Shown: piece after piece, positions 19,886 through 29,444 of the stretch
Layout: each line of letters opens with the position of its first letter
Position numbering within the stretch: position 1 is the stretch's first letter
Source of the DNA: a virus
DNA length: 64,000 nt
IMG/VR virus record: IMGVR_UViG_3300028025_006304
Location: 1-64,000 of that record
Strand: one strand, 5' to 3'
Made by a program: the position numbers and the translations under genes
Notes under the pieces: model-generated
What the model was told of the DNA's origin: nothing
Seen by the model: only the letters and a program-made list of their open reading frames with translations
Databases searched by the model: none

Positions 19886-20953
19886 TTATCCTGCTAATGT
19901 TTCTAAGGTTTCTATTCTTTGAATGGTCTGTTGAATTGCCTTTACAAGTGGGGCTATCATATGAGCATATGTTACTCTATAAGCATCTTTATCTTCATTA
20001 TATTTTAAAGCATCAAAATCAGTATTTAAATTATCTAATACTTCTTTCATTTGTTGGGCTATAAATCCATATGATTTTTTAGGACTTGTTAAGGTACCGT
20101 CTTTTTGACCGTATTCAAACCCACATTTTTGAACGTAATTTTCTCTATTATCCCAATTAAAAGAAACAGTATCTAAAGATCTAATAAAATCTAAACCTAA
20201 TTTTTCATCTAAATCTTGTATATTGGTTTTATCTCTACAATCTGATATATCAGTCCATTCACAAGCTATACCATTATACGTGATAGCGCTATTTCCCCAA
20301 GCTGTATGGCCTGTAGTTTTTGAGGGACCACCATTATGTCCTATACCTATATGAAAGTTTGTAGTTGAAATACCTACTCCATTATAAAATCCTACAAAAA
20401 TATTACAAGCTCCGGTGGTAAGTTCTTGGGCGACTCGAGTTCCTATAGCTACATTATTATTACTAGTAGCTAAACACATAGCTCTATGTCCAACTGCTAC
20501 ATTACAAGATCCTCCTGACATACCAGAACCTGCAGCACACCCCATTATAACATTACATGTGCCCGTTGTTAAACCACATCCAGCTTTATATCCTATAGCT
20601 GTGTTGCAATTTCCAGTAGTACATTGAGCTGCTTTATATCCTACAGCTGTAAGATTATTACCTGTAGTCATACAATATCCAGCCTTATATCCTATAGCTG
20701 TATTACAAGATCCTGAAGTATTAAATCTTAAAGCGCAAACACCAGCAGCAGTGTTACGATTGCCTGTTGAATTAGATAGTAAAGCTGCGTTTCCTATAGC
20801 TGTATTACAGTAACCTGTTGTATTACCTGTTAAAGCTGTATTACCTAGGGCTGTATTATTAATACAATTCCCACCTCCTCTTGAAACACAAATATCACAA
20901 TTTGAATATGAGCTATTAGGTCTAATAATAATTGCATTCGCAAAACAAGCCAT
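19886..20953 (-). CDS. Tail spike/fibre paralog 2 with peptidase S74 chaperone domain
   Basis: CNTAIGYKAG repeats; SDCRDKTNIQDL...YGFIAQQM. Confidence 0.8.
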   Translation of the reverse strand: MACFANAIIIRPNSSYSNCDICVSRGGGNCINNTALGNTALTGNTTGYCNTAIGNAALLSNSTGNRNTAAGVCALRFNTSGSCNTAIGYKAGYCMTTGNNLTAVGYKAAQCTTGNCNTAIGYKAGCGLTTGTCNVIMGCAAGSGMSGGSCNVAVGHRAMCLATSNNNVAIGTRVAQELTTGACNIFVGFYNGVGISTTNFHIGIGHNGGPSKTTGHTAWGNSAITYNGIACEWTDISDCRDKTNIQDLDEKLGLDFIRSLDTVSFNWDNRENYVQKCGFEYGQKDGTLTSPKKSYGFIAQQMKEVLDNLNTDFDALKYNEDKDAYRVTYAHMIAPLVKAIQQTIQRIETLETLAG

Positions 20954-20955
20954 AA

Positions 20956-21981
20956 TTAACTATTTAATTGGGTTTCTATTAAATCTAAATCATTATTAAT
21001 TTCTTGTAAAGCTTTAATTAAACTTGCTAGTAAATTAAGATAATTTAAACTGTATTGGTCTATAAAAGTATCATGAGTTACAGCATCAAAATTTTCTCCT
21101 AAAGATTTAGCGGCAAATTCTATTTCTTGAGCTAAGAAACCATAATTAATTTGGTCTTGTTTTAAAGTACTATCTTTAATACCATATTCATACCCACATT
21201 TGTCTTCATATTTTTGTCTAAGATCCCATTTGTATTTTACAGGATTTAATTTACGTATAAAATTAAGACCTAAGTTATTTATAGGTTGTACATTTGTTTT
21301 ATCTCTACAGTCTGAAACGTCAGTCCAAGCTGTGTAGACACAGTTATAAACGTTATTATAGCCATTTCCTAAAACAGTTTGGTTATTACATCCAAATCCA
21401 TTTTGTTGGGTAGCATTATATCCTACAAGAATATTATTAACAGCACCTCCAATTGAATAACCTGCTTTATAACCAATTGCTATAGAACAATCTCCAACTG
21501 AACCATTAGTAAATCCTGCTTTAGCTCCTATAACAATACTACAATTACCTCCACTTCTAGTATAATCACCAATTGCTATTTTAGCGTTACCAGCATATAT
21601 ACCAGCTTTATAACCTACCGTTACAGAATTAGCATAAGCCGAGAGTCCAGAATTAAAACCTATTGCTACATTACCTGCATGGTATCCTGAATAATTACCA
21701 CCAACATCTTGTCCAATGGAGGTTGTACCATTCGACAGTCCTTTAGTACCAACTCCTAAACCTGTTCTATAACTATTAGTATCACTACTTAAACTAGAAA
21801 GCCCAATAGCGGTGTTTTTTATTCCTGTTGTATTATTAGATAAAGCAAAGTAACCAATACCTGTATTGCAACCACACCCTGTAGTATTACTTTGTAAAGA
21901 TCCCGAACCGAATGCTGTATTAAGTAAAGCATTAGAACATAAATTTAAACAATTAACTTTAGAATTTCGTAAATTAGCCAT
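20956..21981 (-). CDS. Tail spike/fibre paralog 3 with peptidase S74 chaperone domain
   Basis: AIGYKAG repeats; SDCRDKTNVQPI...YGFLAQEI. Confidence 0.8.
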   Translation of the reverse strand: MANLRNSKVNCLNLCSNALLNTAFGSGSLQSNTTGCGCNTGIGYFALSNNTTGIKNTAIGLSSLSSDTNSYRTGLGVGTKGLSNGTTSIGQDVGGNYSGYHAGNVAIGFNSGLSAYANSVTVGYKAGIYAGNAKIAIGDYTRSGGNCSIVIGAKAGFTNGSVGDCSIAIGYKAGYSIGGAVNNILVGYNATQQNGFGCNNQTVLGNGYNNVYNCVYTAWTDVSDCRDKTNVQPINNLGLNFIRKLNPVKYKWDLRQKYEDKCGYEYGIKDSTLKQDQINYGFLAQEIEFAAKSLGENFDAVTHDTFIDQYSLNYLNLLASLIKALQEINNDLDLIETQLNS

Positions 21982-21983
21982 AA

Positions 21984-24900
21984 TTAATTACCTTCTAATT
22001 TTTTCAAACGTTCATTTAATTCTTTTACAGCTTCTACTAGAATAGCAGTTATACGTTGGTATTGTAAACTGTCAATTTCTCCATCTTTTAATACAATTAA
22101 TTCTGGATATGTTTCGAAAATTTCATCGGCTATGAAACCAATTTGTCGAGCATTATCTTCTTTACGGGTAAAGTATACACCTTGCATTCCACGTAAACCT
22201 TCCAATGAACTAGTAATTGGGGTAATATCTTTCTTATATTTTAAGGCTGAAGATTCAGTTAAGGCGTTTACAGTTAATGTAGTTCCATTAAATGTCATGT
22301 TAGCACTACCTGCAGGATTGTTTGAACCATCCTTGTAAACTACCTGGTTGGCTGAACCTGCTACAGGACCTGTTGCACCTTGTGCACCTTGAGCACCAGT
22401 AGGACCTGCGGGACCTTGAGGACCAGTTGCACCTTGAGCACCTGTTGCTCCTTGTGCTCCTGTTGGTCCTGGAGGGCCTGTTGGACCTGCAGCGCCCTGT
22501 GCACCTTGTGGGCCTGTTGGACCTGCAGCTCCTTGAGCACCTTGTGGGCCTTGTGGGCCAGTTGCACCTTGTGCACCTGTTGCACCTTGTGCTCCTGTTG
22601 GTCCTGGAGGGCCTGTTGGACCAGTTACACCTTGTGCACCTTGAGCACCTTGTGGGCCTGTTGGACCTGTAGCACCTTGTGCACCTTGAGCACCTTGTGC
22701 ACCTCTTAAACCTTGAGCACCTTGAGCACCAGTTGGACCAGTTGGTCCTGTTGCGCCTTGAGCACCTGTTGGACCTGTTGGACCTACTGCACCTTGAGCA
22801 CCTTGAAGACCTTGAGGGCCTACAGCACCTTGAGCACCAGTTGGACCAGTTGGTCCTGTTGCGCCTTGAGCACCTGTTGGACCTGTTGGACCTACTGCAC
22901 CTTGAGCTCCTTGAGGACCAGTTGGACCTGTTGCTCCTTGAGCACCAGTAGCGCCTTGTGCACCTGCAGCTCCTTGTGCACCTTGTGGGCCAGTAGGTCC
23001 TGTTGGACCGGTTGCACCTTGTGCACCTGTTGCACCTTGTGCACCTGTTGCACCTTGAGCGCCTTGTGGGCCAGTTGGACCTGTAGCGCCTTGTGCACCT
23101 GTAGCTCCTTGTGCACCTACAGCTCCTTGAGCACCTTGTGGACCTTGTGGTCCTACTGCTCCTTGAGCGCCTGTTGCACCTTGAGCGCCTTGAGGACCAG
23201 TTGGACCTGTAGCACCTTGGGCGCCGGTTGCACCTTGAGCTCCGGTAGCACCTTGTGCACCTTGGGGACCTGTTGGACCAGTAGCTCCTTGAGCTCCTGT
23301 TGCACCTTGTGCACCTGCGGCTCCTTGAGCACCTTGTGGTCCTTGTGGACCTATTGCGCCTTGAGCACCTGTTGCACCCTGTGCACCAGTTGGACCAGTT
23401 GCACCTTGAGCTCCAGTAGCACCTTGGGCGCCTTGTAAACCTTGTGCTCCTTGTGCTCCTTGTGGACCTGTAGCTCCTTGGGCTCCAGTAGCACCTTGTG
23501 CTCCTTGGGGTCCAGTAGGTCCAGTAGCACCTTGGGCGCCGGTAGCACCTTGAGCACCTGTTACACCTTGTGCACCTTGTGCACCTTGAGGACCAGTTGG
23601 ACCTGTTGCGCCTTGAGCTCCTTGGGCGCCTTGTAGACCAGTAGGTCCGGTTGCGCCTTGGGCTCCAGTTGGACCAGTTGCGCCTTGAGCTCCTGTTGCA
23701 CCTTGAGCACCGGTTGCACCTTGAGCACCTGTAGCACCTTGTGGGCCTTGAGGACCTACTGCTCCTTGAGCTCCAGTTGGACCTGTTGGTCCTGTAGCAC
23801 CTTGAGCGCCTTGTGGACCTGTTGGTCCTGTAGCTCCTTGAGCACCTGTTGGACCTTGTGGACCGGTTGCACCTTGGGCACCTGTCGCACCTTGTGGTCC
23901 TGTTGCACCTTGAGCACCTTGTGGGCCAGTTGGACCTACTGCACCTTGAGCTCCTGTTGCACCTTGAGCGCCTTGAGGACCTGTTGGACCTGCTGGGCCG
24001 GTAGCTCCTTGTGCACCTTGAGGACCGGTAGCACCTTGTGCTCCAGTTGGGCCTGTTGCTCCTTGTGCTCCAGTTGCACCTTGAGCTCCTGTTGGACCTA
24101 CAGCGCCTTGAGCACCTGTTGGGCCTTGAGGACCTACTGCACCTTGTGCGCCAGTTGCGCCTTGAGCACCTGTAGCGCCTTGTGCGCCAGTTGCGCCTTG
24201 AGCACCTGTAGCGCCTTGGGCTCCTTGAGGACCAGTTGCGCCTTGAGCACCTGTAGCGCCTTGGGCTCCTTGTGGACCTGTAGGTCCAGTTGCACCTTGT
24301 GCGCCAGTTGCACCTTGTGCACCTTGAGGACCAGTTGCACCTTGAGCTCCTTGAGAACCTGTGGCACCTTGGGCACCAGTTGGACCGGTAGCACCTTGGG
24401 CGCCTGTTGCACCCTGTGCACCAGTTGCACCTTGTGCACCTTGAGGACCTACAGCACCTTGTGCTCCTTGTGGACCTGTTGCCCCTTGAGCTCCAGTTGC
24501 ACCTTGTGCACCAGTTGGACCTGTAGGTCCTTGAGCTCCTTGTGGACCAGTTGCACCCTGTGCTCCTGTAGCACCTTGGGCACCCGTTGGTCCTGTAGGT
24601 CCTTGAGCGCCTTGAGGACCTGTTGCTCCTTGAGCACCTTGTGCTCCTTGTGGACCAGTTGGCGCTGCAGTAAGAATAAACAACATTTGATGGTTATTAG
24701 GAAAAGAATACGTTGACGTATTTAAAGTAACTCCATAAGTCCAATATGTTGTATTATCAGTCTTACTAGTAATTGTCCATTCTTGATAATTTGTATGTAC
24801 ATCTTTATCTTGTAAAGTTATAACACTTCCAACATTAACATTTGATAAAAATAAGTCTAAGTTATCTCCATTTTGATCTAATTCACTTACACTAATAGAT

Positions 24901-25385
24901 GTTGCAGATGCTTGTGTTGCATTGTTCCATATAATGTGACCTGATAGTGGATCTCCAGTTGTTATAGTAGTTTTTGCTTGATAGTTAAAAAATGCATTAG
25001 AACTTCCTGCAGCACCTTGAGCACCTTGAGCACCTTGTGGGCCAGTAGCTCCTTGGGCACCCTGTGAACCTTGTGCCCCAGTGGCACCTTGAGCTCCGGT
25101 AGCACCTTGTGCACCAGTAGCGCCTTGTGCTCCTTGTGCTCCTGTGGCTCCTTGTGCGCCTTGAGCTCCTTGTGGACCTACAACTGTAGGTGTAGCTGCA
25201 AATTGGGCAAATGAAGCACTGAGAGCATATGAAGAAGATAATGCTTGATTAGCAAATGAAGCAGTTCCTAAAAATGAACCTACAAATGATCCTGTAAAGG
25301 AAGATGCGGTAACATTAGTTGTTACACTTAAAGAATTTAGGGAAGCATCTGACCCTGATAGTATGACTTTTTTCCAACTTGGCAT
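21984..25385 (-). CDS. Collagen-like fibre protein with C-terminal S74 chaperone domain
   Basis: 1133 aa; Gly-X-Y blocks of 19 and 255 triplets; [12 protein letters not shown]...GFIADEI. Confidence 0.9.
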   Translation of the reverse strand: MPSWKKVILSGSDASLNSLSVTTNVTASSFTGSFVGSFLGTASFANQALSSSYALSASFAQFAATPTVVGPQGAQGAQGATGAQGAQGATGAQGATGAQGATGAQGSQGAQGATGPQGAQGAQGAAGSSNAFFNYQAKTTITTGDPLSGHIIWNNATQASATSISVSELDQNGDNLDLFLSNVNVGSVITLQDKDVHTNYQEWTITSKTDNTTYWTYGVTLNTSTYSFPNNHQMLFILTAAPTGPQGAQGAQGATGPQGAQGPTGPTGAQGATGAQGATGPQGAQGPTGPTGAQGATGAQGATGPQGAQGAVGPQGAQGATGAQGATGAQGATGPTGAQGATGSQGAQGATGPQGAQGATGAQGATGPTGPQGAQGATGAQGATGPQGAQGATGAQGATGAQGATGAQGATGAQGAVGPQGPTGAQGAVGPTGAQGATGAQGATGPTGAQGATGPQGAQGATGPAGPTGPQGAQGATGAQGAVGPTGPQGAQGATGPQGATGAQGATGPQGPTGAQGATGPTGPQGAQGATGPTGPTGAQGAVGPQGPQGATGAQGATGAQGATGAQGATGPTGAQGATGPTGLQGAQGAQGATGPTGPQGAQGAQGVTGAQGATGAQGATGPTGPQGAQGATGAQGATGPQGAQGAQGLQGAQGATGAQGATGPTGAQGATGAQGAIGPQGPQGAQGAAGAQGATGAQGATGPTGPQGAQGATGAQGATGAQGATGPTGPQGAQGATGAQGAVGPQGPQGAQGAVGAQGATGAQGATGPTGPQGAQGATGAQGATGAQGATGPTGPTGPQGAQGAAGAQGATGAQGATGPTGPQGAQGAVGPTGPTGAQGATGPTGPTGAQGAVGPQGLQGAQGAVGPTGPTGAQGATGPTGPTGAQGAQGLRGAQGAQGAQGATGPTGPQGAQGAQGVTGPTGPPGPTGAQGATGAQGATGPQGPQGAQGAAGPTGPQGAQGAAGPTGPPGPTGAQGATGAQGATGPQGPAGPTGAQGAQGATGPVAGSANQVVYKDGSNNPAGSANMTFNGTTLTVNALTESSALKYKKDITPITSSLEGLRGMQGVYFTRKEDNARQIGFIADEIFETYPELIVLKDGEIDSLQYQRITAILVEAVKELNERLKKLEGN
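22362..24656 (-). repeat. Degenerate 9-nt tandem repeat encoding 255 Gly-X-Y triplets
   Basis: 2295 nt; mostly GAQ, GAT, GPT and GPQ codon triplets; locally GC-rich. Confidence 0.9.
25008..25178 (-). repeat. Short collagen block (19 triplets)
   Basis: 171 nt from GPQ to GAA. Confidence 0.85.
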
Positions 25386-25401
25386 ATTTCAATTTTATTA
25401 T

Positions 25402-25444
25402 GGTTGGTTACAGGTAGCGCCTGTCCACTTCTCTTGCGAGCCAA
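25402..25444 (-). ncRNA. Candidate structured 5' leader of the collagen fibre gene
   Basis: TTGG[CTC-GCAA-GAG]AAGTGG[ACAGG-CGCTA-CCTGT]AA-CCAA: two hairpins enclosed by a 4-bp stem. Confidence 0.35.
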
Positions 25445-25473
25445 TAATATGTCAATAAATATGGGTAAAGATA

Positions 25474-25650
25474 CTATTGATTTGTTATATCAACAAGTTC
25501 TTTGTCGCGTTTTTGTATTTCTTTTTGTAAAGCTATTTCTACTTTATCTTGTAAAGCGACCATTTTTCTTGCACTTGCTCCTGTAATTGTTAGGAGGTCA
25601 AGTCCTTGTCTTATAACTGATAGTTCTTCTATTGAAAACATTTTTTTCAT
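25474..25650 (-). CDS. Small hypothetical protein (58 aa, not in the ORF track)
   Basis: MKKMFSIEELSVIRQGLDLLTITGASARKMVALQDKVEIALQKEIQKRDKELVDITNQ; ATGA overlap with the upstream stop. Confidence 0.65.
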   Translation of the reverse strand: MKKMFSIEELSVIRQGLDLLTITGASARKMVALQDKVEIALQKEIQKRDKELVDITNQ

Positions 25651-25883
25651 TTGTTTATTTTAGTATAATGATCTTGAAGTTTATAAACTGTCTTATAAAC
25701 TATTTCAATCATATCTCCTTTAAATGTAGAATTTTTAACTATTGTTAAAAGAAATTCTATTTCTTGCTTTGAAAGCTCTACTCCTTTGTTTGAAACAGAA
25801 GCCCCTTCAGGTATTTCTCCTGAAGGGGTTTGTACGTTACCGGCTTGAAAACCCATAAGTATTTTTTTTATATATTTGCACAA
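25647..25883 (-). CDS. Hypothetical protein
   Basis: 78-aa ORF; true start may be the internal Met (MGFQAG). Confidence 0.55.
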   Translation of the reverse strand: MCKYIKKILMGFQAGNVQTPSGEIPEGASVSNKGVELSKQEIEFLLTIVKNSTFKGDMIEIVYKTVYKLQDHYTKINK

Positions 25884-25901
25884 AACTTTTTTTCAATAAT
25901 A

Positions 25902-26945
25902 TTAAGAGTAGATGTAAATACTTTCATCGGTACCTATAAATAAGTTACCAGCAGCATTATATCTAGCAGGAGCAGCGGTTGGATTAGTCCCAGCACCTAT
26001 TACTACAGCCGCCATAAATGCATCTGGGGTAAATGATGATTGGTTTGCACTAAATGAGCTTGTAAGACCCCATCTTGTTACTCCTGAGTCGTATCCGAAT
26101 AATTCACCTACGTTTTGAGTTGCTTGTTGGATTACAATACCACCATCACCTGTTGTATTGGAACCTGAGGCAAATAATACAAAACGGTCAGATACTTCTA
26201 AATTAGTTGTATTTTGGAATGACGCTGTACCTAGTACTGTTAAATTTCTATTAACAGTTAAGTCTTGAGTAATTGTTACATCATTTGGTAAACCAATAGT
26301 TAAGGTTTGCCCTGCTGCTGATGTTTCAATTTCATTGGTTGTACCAGTAACTGTAAATGTTTGAGTCTTAAGTGCTACAGTACCGTTACCTGTAGAACCT
26401 GAAAAATTTAAATTAGCAGCGATGCCTGTTAATCCTGAACCATCACCAGTAAATGAACCACTAAATGAACCTGTTAATCTTGAATTAGCACCTGTTAATT
26501 GTAAAGATGTAGTACCTGTGATTGTAGTACCATTATCTGTAAGACTAGAATTAATAAATTTACCATCATTTGAATCCCATTTAGTAATGACATCATCTGA
26601 TAAAGTAGCAGCACCTGAAATAGCTACAGTTTGAGCTGTTAAACCATTATAGGAAAAAGGTACAATACCTGTTCCTTGGCTAATAGAGTTAGGGTTAGTA
26701 GCTACAACACCAGTTAAACCTGAACCGTTACCTTGGAATGAACCAGAGAAAGAACCAGAAAATCCAGCGGCTTGAACTTGAGCAGAGCCTAAGCTTAAAG
26801 TAGAACCATTATAGGTAAGACCACTATTTTCAAGAGCTCCGCCTACTCCAGCTATTACTAAATTATCATTAGTTAGTACGGAAGAAGTTACTGATGTAAA
26901 TTCACCAGCTGATCCACTAACTATGACTTTTTTCCATGATGCCAT
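25902..26945 (-). CDS. Virion structural/fibre-like protein
   Basis: MASWKKVIVSGS N-terminus shared with the collagen fibre ([12 protein letters not shown]); SGSF repeats. Confidence 0.65.
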   Translation of the reverse strand: MASWKKVIVSGSAGEFTSVTSSVLTNDNLVIAGVGGALENSGLTYNGSTLSLGSAQVQAAGFSGSFSGSFQGNGSGLTGVVATNPNSISQGTGIVPFSYNGLTAQTVAISGAATLSDDVITKWDSNDGKFINSSLTDNGTTITGTTSLQLTGANSRLTGSFSGSFTGDGSGLTGIAANLNFSGSTGNGTVALKTQTFTVTGTTNEIETSAAGQTLTIGLPNDVTITQDLTVNRNLTVLGTASFQNTTNLEVSDRFVLFASGSNTTGDGGIVIQQATQNVGELFGYDSGVTRWGLTSSFSANQSSFTPDAFMAAVVIGAGTNPTAAPARYNAAGNLFIGTDESIYIYS

Positions 26946-26982
26946 ATCTTTTTTTGGTTTTTATTGTTAAGTTCTAGTCTAT

Positions 26983-26991
26983 TATAAATAT
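26983..26991 (-). promoter_or_regulatory. ATATTTATA late-promoter-like motif
   Basis: Upstream of 25902..26945. Confidence 0.6.
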
Positions 26992-26998
26992 GTTGTTT

Positions 26999-27391
26999 TT
27001 AAGCAAAACCAAGAAAAAATTCATTAGATGAGGAATAAAAAAAGCCACCACTAACTGCTGTAGGTGGGGTATTTAATTTACCTAAAACTACTGCTCCCCC
27101 ATTATTAACTTGAAATTTATTTATATCCCCATTACCATTATTTAACTTAACTAAAAATGGTCCTTCTAATTGCAACGATCCCGTAATAATAGCTGAGCCT
27201 GTATATGGGAATGGGTCAGAGGTAACTTCAACTGTAAAGGTATTACCGTTACCTCTAGTAAAAATAATTCCACCACCATTTGGATCTTCAACTGCATTTA
27301 TTAGAAAAGATCCAGTATTAATGACTTCACCACCACTTGTTTGGTAAGTACTAACTGAAACCTGATCTAAAAATCTAACATTACTGGCCAT
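26999..27391 (-). CDS. Putative virion structural protein
   Basis: 130 aa; PFPYTGSAIITGSL motif also present in 60874..61884. Confidence 0.55.
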   Translation of the reverse strand: MASNVRFLDQVSVSTYQTSGGEVINTGSFLINAVEDPNGGGIIFTRGNGNTFTVEVTSDPFPYTGSAIITGSLQLEGPFLVKLNNGNGDINKFQVNNGGAVVLGKLNTPPTAVSGGFFYSSSNEFFLGFA

Positions 27392-27418
27392 TATTCATAA
27401 ATATGTTAGATTAGTAAA

Positions 27419-28513
27419 TTAAGGATTTTCTAATTCATCTATTCTAGCGCTTAAAGCTGTTATTTGAGCTGTTAATGCTTGTAAAGTAGTATTTATAGAA
27501 GCTAAAGCTACATTCTGACCACTATTGTCAATATAAGTAGGTTTATTAACTTGAAATGGATTATTAGTATTATATTTGATAGCACCAAGAGATCTAGCAT
27601 TAGCTGCATTAGGTCTTCCTGATCCATCATCTACAATAGGTATATTTGGATCAAATACTAGTGGATCATCTGTTGTTTCTAAAGCAAATATTAATTTAGC
27701 TTTATTGCGATATTTTTGTAAAGATGAAACATCATTTTGTAAAGTGTTAGGTATAATATACCCATATATTTTAATATCAAATGTACTTTTAACTACTCGA
27801 ATGTTATCTTGTGGTAACTCAGTTATAGTATTGAATGAATCAATAGCTGCTTTAAATTGATAACGTTGGGGGTTACCCCAATATGAATCTGAAGCATATT
27901 CAATTGCTTCAACTATTTTATTTAATTGCTCAGCGTAGTAAGTATAAACAACACAAGAATAGGTTAGTGTAAGATAATCTGGGATAGTTACAGCGTAGAA
28001 TTGTTCTTCGGGAACACGATTAGTTAATACATTAAAGTTTGAATAGAAGTTTCTAGTATCATACTTTTTCTTCATTACCCCATATAAGTTAGGATAATTA
28101 GCATCTAATTTATTTCCTAAACTTCTATTTTTTTCAATAGAATTTCTTTTAAACATAATAAGAGGAGCCATTATAGCACCATTCTTATCTTTATAATATC
28201 CATCACGTTGAGTTGATTTCCATCTTTCAGGTGAACCATATATAACAGGTACTTCAATTCTAGTACCATTCTGCATTACAAATGGTTTAATTATATTTTG
28301 GAAATAGTACATTACAGCCTCATCTATATCCTGAATAGAGACGGTGAAGGGCTTAACAGTATCGTCTTCCCAACTATTTTGTAAAGAACGATTAGGTCCG
28401 TTAAAATTAGGATTAGCTAAGTTAGGATCCCCTAACAAAGAATTACTCGCCCCAGATAATTGATTACTGAGTTCTTGTTGAGTCTTAGGTACCGGTTTGC
28501 GAGATTGAGCCAT
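27419..28513 (-). CDS. Tail terminator/sheath stabiliser (gp15-like)
   Basis: VPVIYGSPERW motif; adjacent to the neck genes. Confidence 0.7.
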   Translation of the reverse strand: MAQSRKPVPKTQQELSNQLSGASNSLLGDPNLANPNFNGPNRSLQNSWEDDTVKPFTVSIQDIDEAVMYYFQNIIKPFVMQNGTRIEVPVIYGSPERWKSTQRDGYYKDKNGAIMAPLIMFKRNSIEKNRSLGNKLDANYPNLYGVMKKKYDTRNFYSNFNVLTNRVPEEQFYAVTIPDYLTLTYSCVVYTYYAEQLNKIVEAIEYASDSYWGNPQRYQFKAAIDSFNTITELPQDNIRVVKSTFDIKIYGYIIPNTLQNDVSSLQKYRNKAKLIFALETTDDPLVFDPNIPIVDDGSGRPNAANARSLGAIKYNTNNPFQVNKPTYIDNSGQNVALASINTTLQALTAQITALSARIDELENP

Positions 28514-28515
28514 AA

Positions 28516-29103
28516 TTACATTCTTTCAAGTGTTATACCTACCTTATCTGCTGGTACATAAGCAGTTTGACATATAATGGAAATATTATAACCAAACTCA
28601 TCTAAGCCTGGATTCCATAAAGGTGAAGGTAAAGGATAAGTAGCTCCTGCTGGGTTGGATGGTTGAGGTGAGTTAGGATAGTCTGGATCCTTACCTACAA
28701 AGTATTGGGCTGCATTTGTAGCTGTTACTTCATAGTAAGCGGTTTCCCATAAAATTATATCACCTATTTGAGGAACTAAATTAGCTCCGTAGATTGTATC
28801 CTCGTTGAAATCTTTTAATTTATCTAAAAGATCATCTCTTAAAAATTTAAATGTAGGTTTCCAGTCAAATGTTACACCCATGTCATCTGTGGGTTGAGAT
28901 TGGTCCGGAATATCAATTAAAGTATATAAAAGGATAGGACCATCATAAAACTTAGCTTCAGCAGCTTCACCATACATGTTAAAGTTTGTTTGAGTAAGTC
29001 TAAGTTTATAAAAAGCAGCTTGTTGAGAAATAATGTTACCCATCAACTCACGGTTAACGTATCTAAACATTGAAATGTCGCGAGACTGTCCAAAGAGAGC
29101 CAT
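28516..29103 (-). CDS. Neck/head-closure protein (gp14-like)
   Basis: NMYGEA...P.IGDIILW..YYEV; lies between gp13-like and gp15-like genes. Confidence 0.65.
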   Translation of the reverse strand: MALFGQSRDISMFRYVNRELMGNIISQQAAFYKLRLTQTNFNMYGEAAEAKFYDGPILLYTLIDIPDQSQPTDDMGVTFDWKPTFKFLRDDLLDKLKDFNEDTIYGANLVPQIGDIILWETAYYEVTATNAAQYFVGKDPDYPNSPQPSNPAGATYPLPSPLWNPGLDEFGYNISIICQTAYVPADKVGITLERM

Positions 29104-29444
29104 TATAAACGTTTTAAAGTGTTTATATCAAACCGAGCTCCTATAACCCCTAGTATTTTTAGATTATCGTTCTGACCTGAGGTTAGGATTTCTTGTTCAA
29201 ATTCTTTTATATCCTCTTCTGGTTTACCTGTTTTACTTAGAAATTTAATATTAACTAGAGTATATTCAATATTTTCTTTTTGTGGGTAATCTGGTGGGGT
29301 TATATTTCGTACAGTAGTAATTTTTCTTAAAGCACGGATTTGATCCAATATATCACTAATATTTTGGTTTTTATTAGATTTTATTACAACGTCTACCTCG
29401 TAGGTGTTTAATATCTCTGTTAGTATGTCTGTAAACTTTATCAT
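29103..29444 (-). CDS. Hypothetical protein with MIKFTDILTE leader
   Basis: 113-aa ORF coupled to both neighbours. Confidence 0.6.
   Translation of the reverse strand: MIKFTDILTEILNTYEVDVVIKSNKNQNISDILDQIRALRKITTVRNITPPDYPQKENIEYTLVNIKFLSKTGKPEEDIKEFEQEILTSGQNDNLKILGVIGARFDINTLKRL

Noticed and set aside
18844-21981. Diversity-generating retroelement acting on the spike paralogs
   Set aside because: No reverse transcriptase in the window and no near-identical TR/VR pair with adenine-specific differences seen; paralogs differ throughout
22362-24656. Repeat array as possible CRISPR or satellite DNA
   Set aside because: Degenerate in-frame codon triplets with no unique spacers
22361-24716. Many overlapping ORFs on both strands (Cys/Thr/Leu/Ser-rich up to 352 aa; Gln/Val/His-rich)
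   Set aside because: Stop-free by-products of the 9-nt collagen repeat; no independent signals
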